Below are positions 63,517 through 64,000 of a stretch of DNA of 64,000 bases, in pieces (position 1 is the first letter of the stretch; each line of letters starts with the position of its first letter). The position numbers and the translations under genes are program-made. The stretch spans positions 839,473-903,472 of the forward strand of contig JAMPGA010000001.1 in assembly GCA_023664185.1 (NCBI GenBank), in the 5' to 3' direction. Below the pieces are notes generated by a model. It made no database searches and was not told the DNA's origin. It was given only the letters and a program-made list of their open reading frames with translations. The stretch comes from Muribaculaceae bacterium. GTDB lineage: Bacteria > Bacteroidota > Bacteroidia > Bacteroidales > Muribaculaceae.

Positions 63517-64000
63517 ATGAAACACATGAAGTTTTTTTTCAATCTTTTGATTGGAGCATTACTCATGGCTTGTTCGAGTGAGACAGTACTGGACGAGCCA
63601 CCAACGGAGACGACAAATGATATTGTCGATAATCATCGTGTTTCTCAAACAGAGGCTGTAGAAATCGCGTGCGATTTCATGAAGAGCCTGGATTTATCGC
63701 AGGAAAGACTCTATTCTTTACCAGAAGTGAGCTTTGTCGTTGATGAAAAAAGATCTCGTGGTGTCAGTGTGCTCCCAGACACACTCGCTTATGTCATAAA
63801 CTATCCAGACAATAAAGGCTTTGTGATAGTCTGCGCGGATACTAAGGGTAAATCAATTTTAGCCTTCTCCGAAACTGGGACTTTCTCATTCGAAAATGAA
63901 ATTGTGATGGAAAGTTTTGTGTCTAACATAAAACCCTATGTTGAAAAGCGTGATACTATGGGGATTGATACGGGCTTACAATTGGAAATGGGCTTTAAGC
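63517..64000 (+). CDS. Lipoprotein with Spi/I69 pro-domain, probable C10 (streptopain-like) peptidase; runs off the window
   Basis: Translated by hand: MKHMKFFFNLLIGALLMAC ... DTLAYVINYPDNKGFVIVCAD ... ILAFSETG; open to the window end. Confidence 0.72.
   Translation, partial: MKHMKFFFNLLIGALLMACSSETVLDEPPTETTNDIVDNHRVSQTEAVEIACDFMKSLDLSQERLYSLPEVSFVVDEKRSRGVSVLPDTLAYVINYPDNKGFVIVCADTKGKSILAFSETGTFSFENEIVMESFVSNIKPYVEKRDTMGIDTGLQLEMGFK

Overview
Chromosomal window from a GC-rich Bacteroidales bacterium. The protein style and TAnnTTTG -7 promoters suggest Muribaculaceae, which is my inference. Most of it is housekeeping genes: purL, etfBA plus acyl-CoA dehydrogenase, pgi, gpsA, lysS, fkp, prs, dsbD, relA, murA/murB, guaB, pnp, crcB, htrA, ychF, tdk, ssb and maf. 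It also has two tRNAs (Cys-GCA, Arg-CCT), a GntR/ABC module, GH140 and GH95 glycosidases, and a minus-strand Wzx/Wzy glycan locus (58538-49825) ending in gmd without fcl. The unexplained structure lies in the intergenic spaces, which hold four small collapsed mobile-element relics. (1) A ~325-bp mini-IS with 22-bp perfect terminal IRs and an in-frame N+C fusion of a transposase, next to tRNA-Cys. (2) An antitoxin::YafQ in-frame deletion fusion next to tRNA-Arg. (3) An antitoxin/GNAT-toxin deletion scar downstream of gmd. (4) A 300-bp element with 34-bp terminal IRs and a TGA target duplication, inserted a few bases before the wzx start codon inside the glycan-locus leader. Element 4 appears to carry an IR-to-IR ORF that re-creates the translational coupling its insertion broke. 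No CRISPR array, rRNA or intact transposase/integrase was seen. All family calls come from motif recognition, not database searches.
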